Assembly: GCA_963793265.1 (NCBI GenBank)
Contig: CAWBZI010000002.1
Span: 256,001-320,000, forward strand
Direction: 5' to 3'
From: an uncultured cyanobacterium
Lineage (GTDB): Bacteria; Cyanobacteriota; Cyanobacteriia; Phormidesmidales; Phormidesmidaceae
Length of the DNA stretch: 64,000 nt
Shown piece by piece: positions 62,299 through 64,000 of the stretch (positions are counted from its first letter, which is position 1; each line of letters opens with the position of its first letter). The notes under the pieces were generated by a model. The model ran no database searches. It was given only the letters and a program-made list of their open reading frames with translations, and was not told the origin of the DNA. A program made the position numbers and the translations under genes.

Positions 62299-62529
62299 AA
62301 AGGTAAACAATGCGCCCCTAATGACGTTTTTCAAAAGCTTTAGTTCCGCTTTTTCCAACAATCTTTTGCTCATCGTCTTTAGCGTTTTTTTGAGCGTTTT
62401 TATATATGATTGGAGCAATCGTCATCAGCATCTATCCACCCGTTCTACGCTATGCAGACATCTCTCGACCTTATGCATTTCAGGAAAATCCTGAAGTTCT
62501 TTTGGAGTTGACGCATCCAGCGAATATGA

Positions 62530-64000
62530 ATGAATAACCTATCATCGCTACCCTCTATACTAAAACGCAGGGCGATTCCTGCGGCGATCACGGTGCTTTG
62601 TGCGATCGCGCTTGGCGTCATTCACGGTCTGTTTTCAAAGCCTATCTACGAAGCCTCTACCCGGCTAATTGTAGGCGCGCAAACCGTTAGCCTCTCTGAA
62701 ATTGGCCAGGATATTAACGAAAGTCGGCGCAACATCCCCACCGGAGCTACTTTACTTGCGACCCAATCAGAACTTATTAAGTCAGAGCGAGTGCTAGCAG
62801 GTGCTCTAGCGTCTCTATCGCCGGAATTTGCTGAACTAGGTGTTTTAGAAGAGCCGCTTACGATCGAAGCGATTAAAGAGAATTTGACGGTTTCTATTAT
62901 TCCAGCGACTAATATCCTCGAATTAACGTTTGTTCACGCCGATCCGGCGGTTGCAGCAGCGGTGCTGAATCAAGTTGCCGAAGCCGTTGTTGCTGAGGGA
63001 GCCGAGTCTATTCGTGCTCAAGCAGCCTCAGCGCGTCGCTTTTTAGAAGAGAAAATTCCTGAGCAGCGATCTAAGCTTTTGGAAATTGAAGCAGCCGAAA
63101 CGCTGTACCGTCAGGAAACCGGCATTGTCTCTTTAGACGTGCAAACGCAGAACTGGATTGAAAGCCTCACTCAGGTACGGGCTCAAGAGCTAAGTCTGGC
63201 AACGCAGCTTCAAGAGGCGCAGGTTCGAGATGACGCTTTGAGAAACGTGACCGGCGTCAATAGCTTAGAGCGGGCTTATTCTAGCGTTCGAGTCGGCCAG
63301 AATGAAACTATCAATCAGCTCGAAGCGCAGCTTGTAGAAATAGAGAGTGTCGTTGCCGAAACCGAGTCTTTGATTGGGCCAAGGCACCCGGATATGGTTG
63401 AACTTTTGGCCCGCAGAGATAAGCTGCGTAATTTTTATCAGCAGACAGTCGCAGGCTTAATTCCAGGGTCAGCCGTCGCTTCACCCGCTAGTCAGGGGGC
63501 CGCAGAGGAGATCAGCCAGGATTTGATCTCTCAATATATTCTGGGACAGATTGAGCGTAATGCTCTAGCAGAAACGCTATCAACCGTTCAGTCAGAAAGA
63601 GAGCAGCTTGAGGGTAATCTGTCGCGGGTGCCTGAGTATCAGCAGCCGCTGTTTGCTTTGGTGCGTGATCGCGAAGAAGCCGCTAGCACGCTCTCTTTGC
63701 TGCGTAACAAACTAGAAGAAGCTCGAATTGCCGAAGCGCAGGTGACGGATATCATTCGGATCTCAGATTCGGCGCAAGTCCCGACTGAGCCGAGCAGCTC
63801 AGGACTGGTGAGCCTAGCTGTTTCAGGTTTTGCGGGGCTGCTTTTAGCAGTAGGCGTGGTTTTGCTACTCGAAACGATAGACGACCGGCTGCATACCGTA
63901 GAAGAGTTGGAAGCGGCTGTTGATCTGCCAGTACTGGGGCTTTTGCCTAAAGGGTTACCGGCTGACTTTGGGCCTGGCAGTATGAGAGAATTTTTACAGA
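62530..64000 (+). CDS. Wzc/GumC-type polysaccharide co-polymerase (runs off the window; absent from the ORF track)
   Basis: MNNLSSLPSILKRRAIPAAITVL...KPIYEASTRLIV...TQSELIKSERVL...TNILEL...GPRHPDM...KLEEARIAEA, second TM, LPVLGLLP. Confidence 0.9.
   Translation, partial: MNNLSSLPSILKRRAIPAAITVLCAIALGVIHGLFSKPIYEASTRLIVGAQTVSLSEIGQDINESRRNIPTGATLLATQSELIKSERVLAGALASLSPEFAELGVLEEPLTIEAIKENLTVSIIPATNILELTFVHADPAVAAAVLNQVAEAVVAEGAESIRAQAASARRFLEEKIPEQRSKLLEIEAAETLYRQETGIVSLDVQTQNWIESLTQVRAQELSLATQLQEAQVRDDALRNVTGVNSLERAYSSVRVGQNETINQLEAQLVEIESVVAETESLIGPRHPDMVELLARRDKLRNFYQQTVAGLIPGSAVASPASQGAAEEISQDLISQYILGQIERNALAETLSTVQSEREQLEGNLSRVPEYQQPLFALVRDREEAASTLSLLRNKLEEARIAEAQVTDIIRISDSAQVPTEPSSSGLVSLAVSGFAGLLLAVGVVLLLETIDDRLHTVEELEAAVDLPVLGLLPKGLPADFGPGSMREFLQ

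Larger units (their letters stand above)
2562..62609. repeat. Dispersed HIP1 octamer GCGATCGC
   Basis: Dozens of copies, e.g. 2562, 19488, 25300, 28527, 34548, 62602; hallmark of many cyanobacteria. Confidence 0.95.

Noticed and set aside
62216..62494. 92-aa ORF between the GT4 and wzc genes
   Set aside because: Overlaps the GT4 end and has no recognisable features

Overview
Cyanobacterial chromosomal window; the HIP1 octamer GCGATCGC recurs throughout. In order it contains: the 3' end of carB; a hicB-hicA pair; a PEP-CTERM surface protein; a HAD hydrolase; and an array of four tandem, paralogous, ~950-1010 aa secreted acidic proteins (2969-16060). I cannot assign these four to a named family. 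They look like outer-membrane beta-barrels with very large inserted loops or stalks and a candidate Ca-binding head, and three share an upstream palindrome. Next come alpha-amylase, an M20 amidohydrolase and other hydrolases, then a lipid/glycolipid-like cluster (GT-C-like membrane protein, methyltransferase, FAAL, a FAAL-ACP-KS-AT-DH-ER-KR-ACP PKS with no release domain, GT2). A decayed mazEF is fused to an IS1182-like relic. A TetR-rich island follows (four TetRs, MacAB-like ABC exporter, RND pump, orphan ndhC, two paralogous glutaredoxin/AhpD-like fusions, GT39) with two recurring operator palindromes and a 368-bp near-identical gene-fragment duplication. The window ends with a Tat metallophosphoesterase and the start of an EPS locus (two GT4s, Wzc/GumC). 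All calls come from reading motifs by eye; no database search was run.
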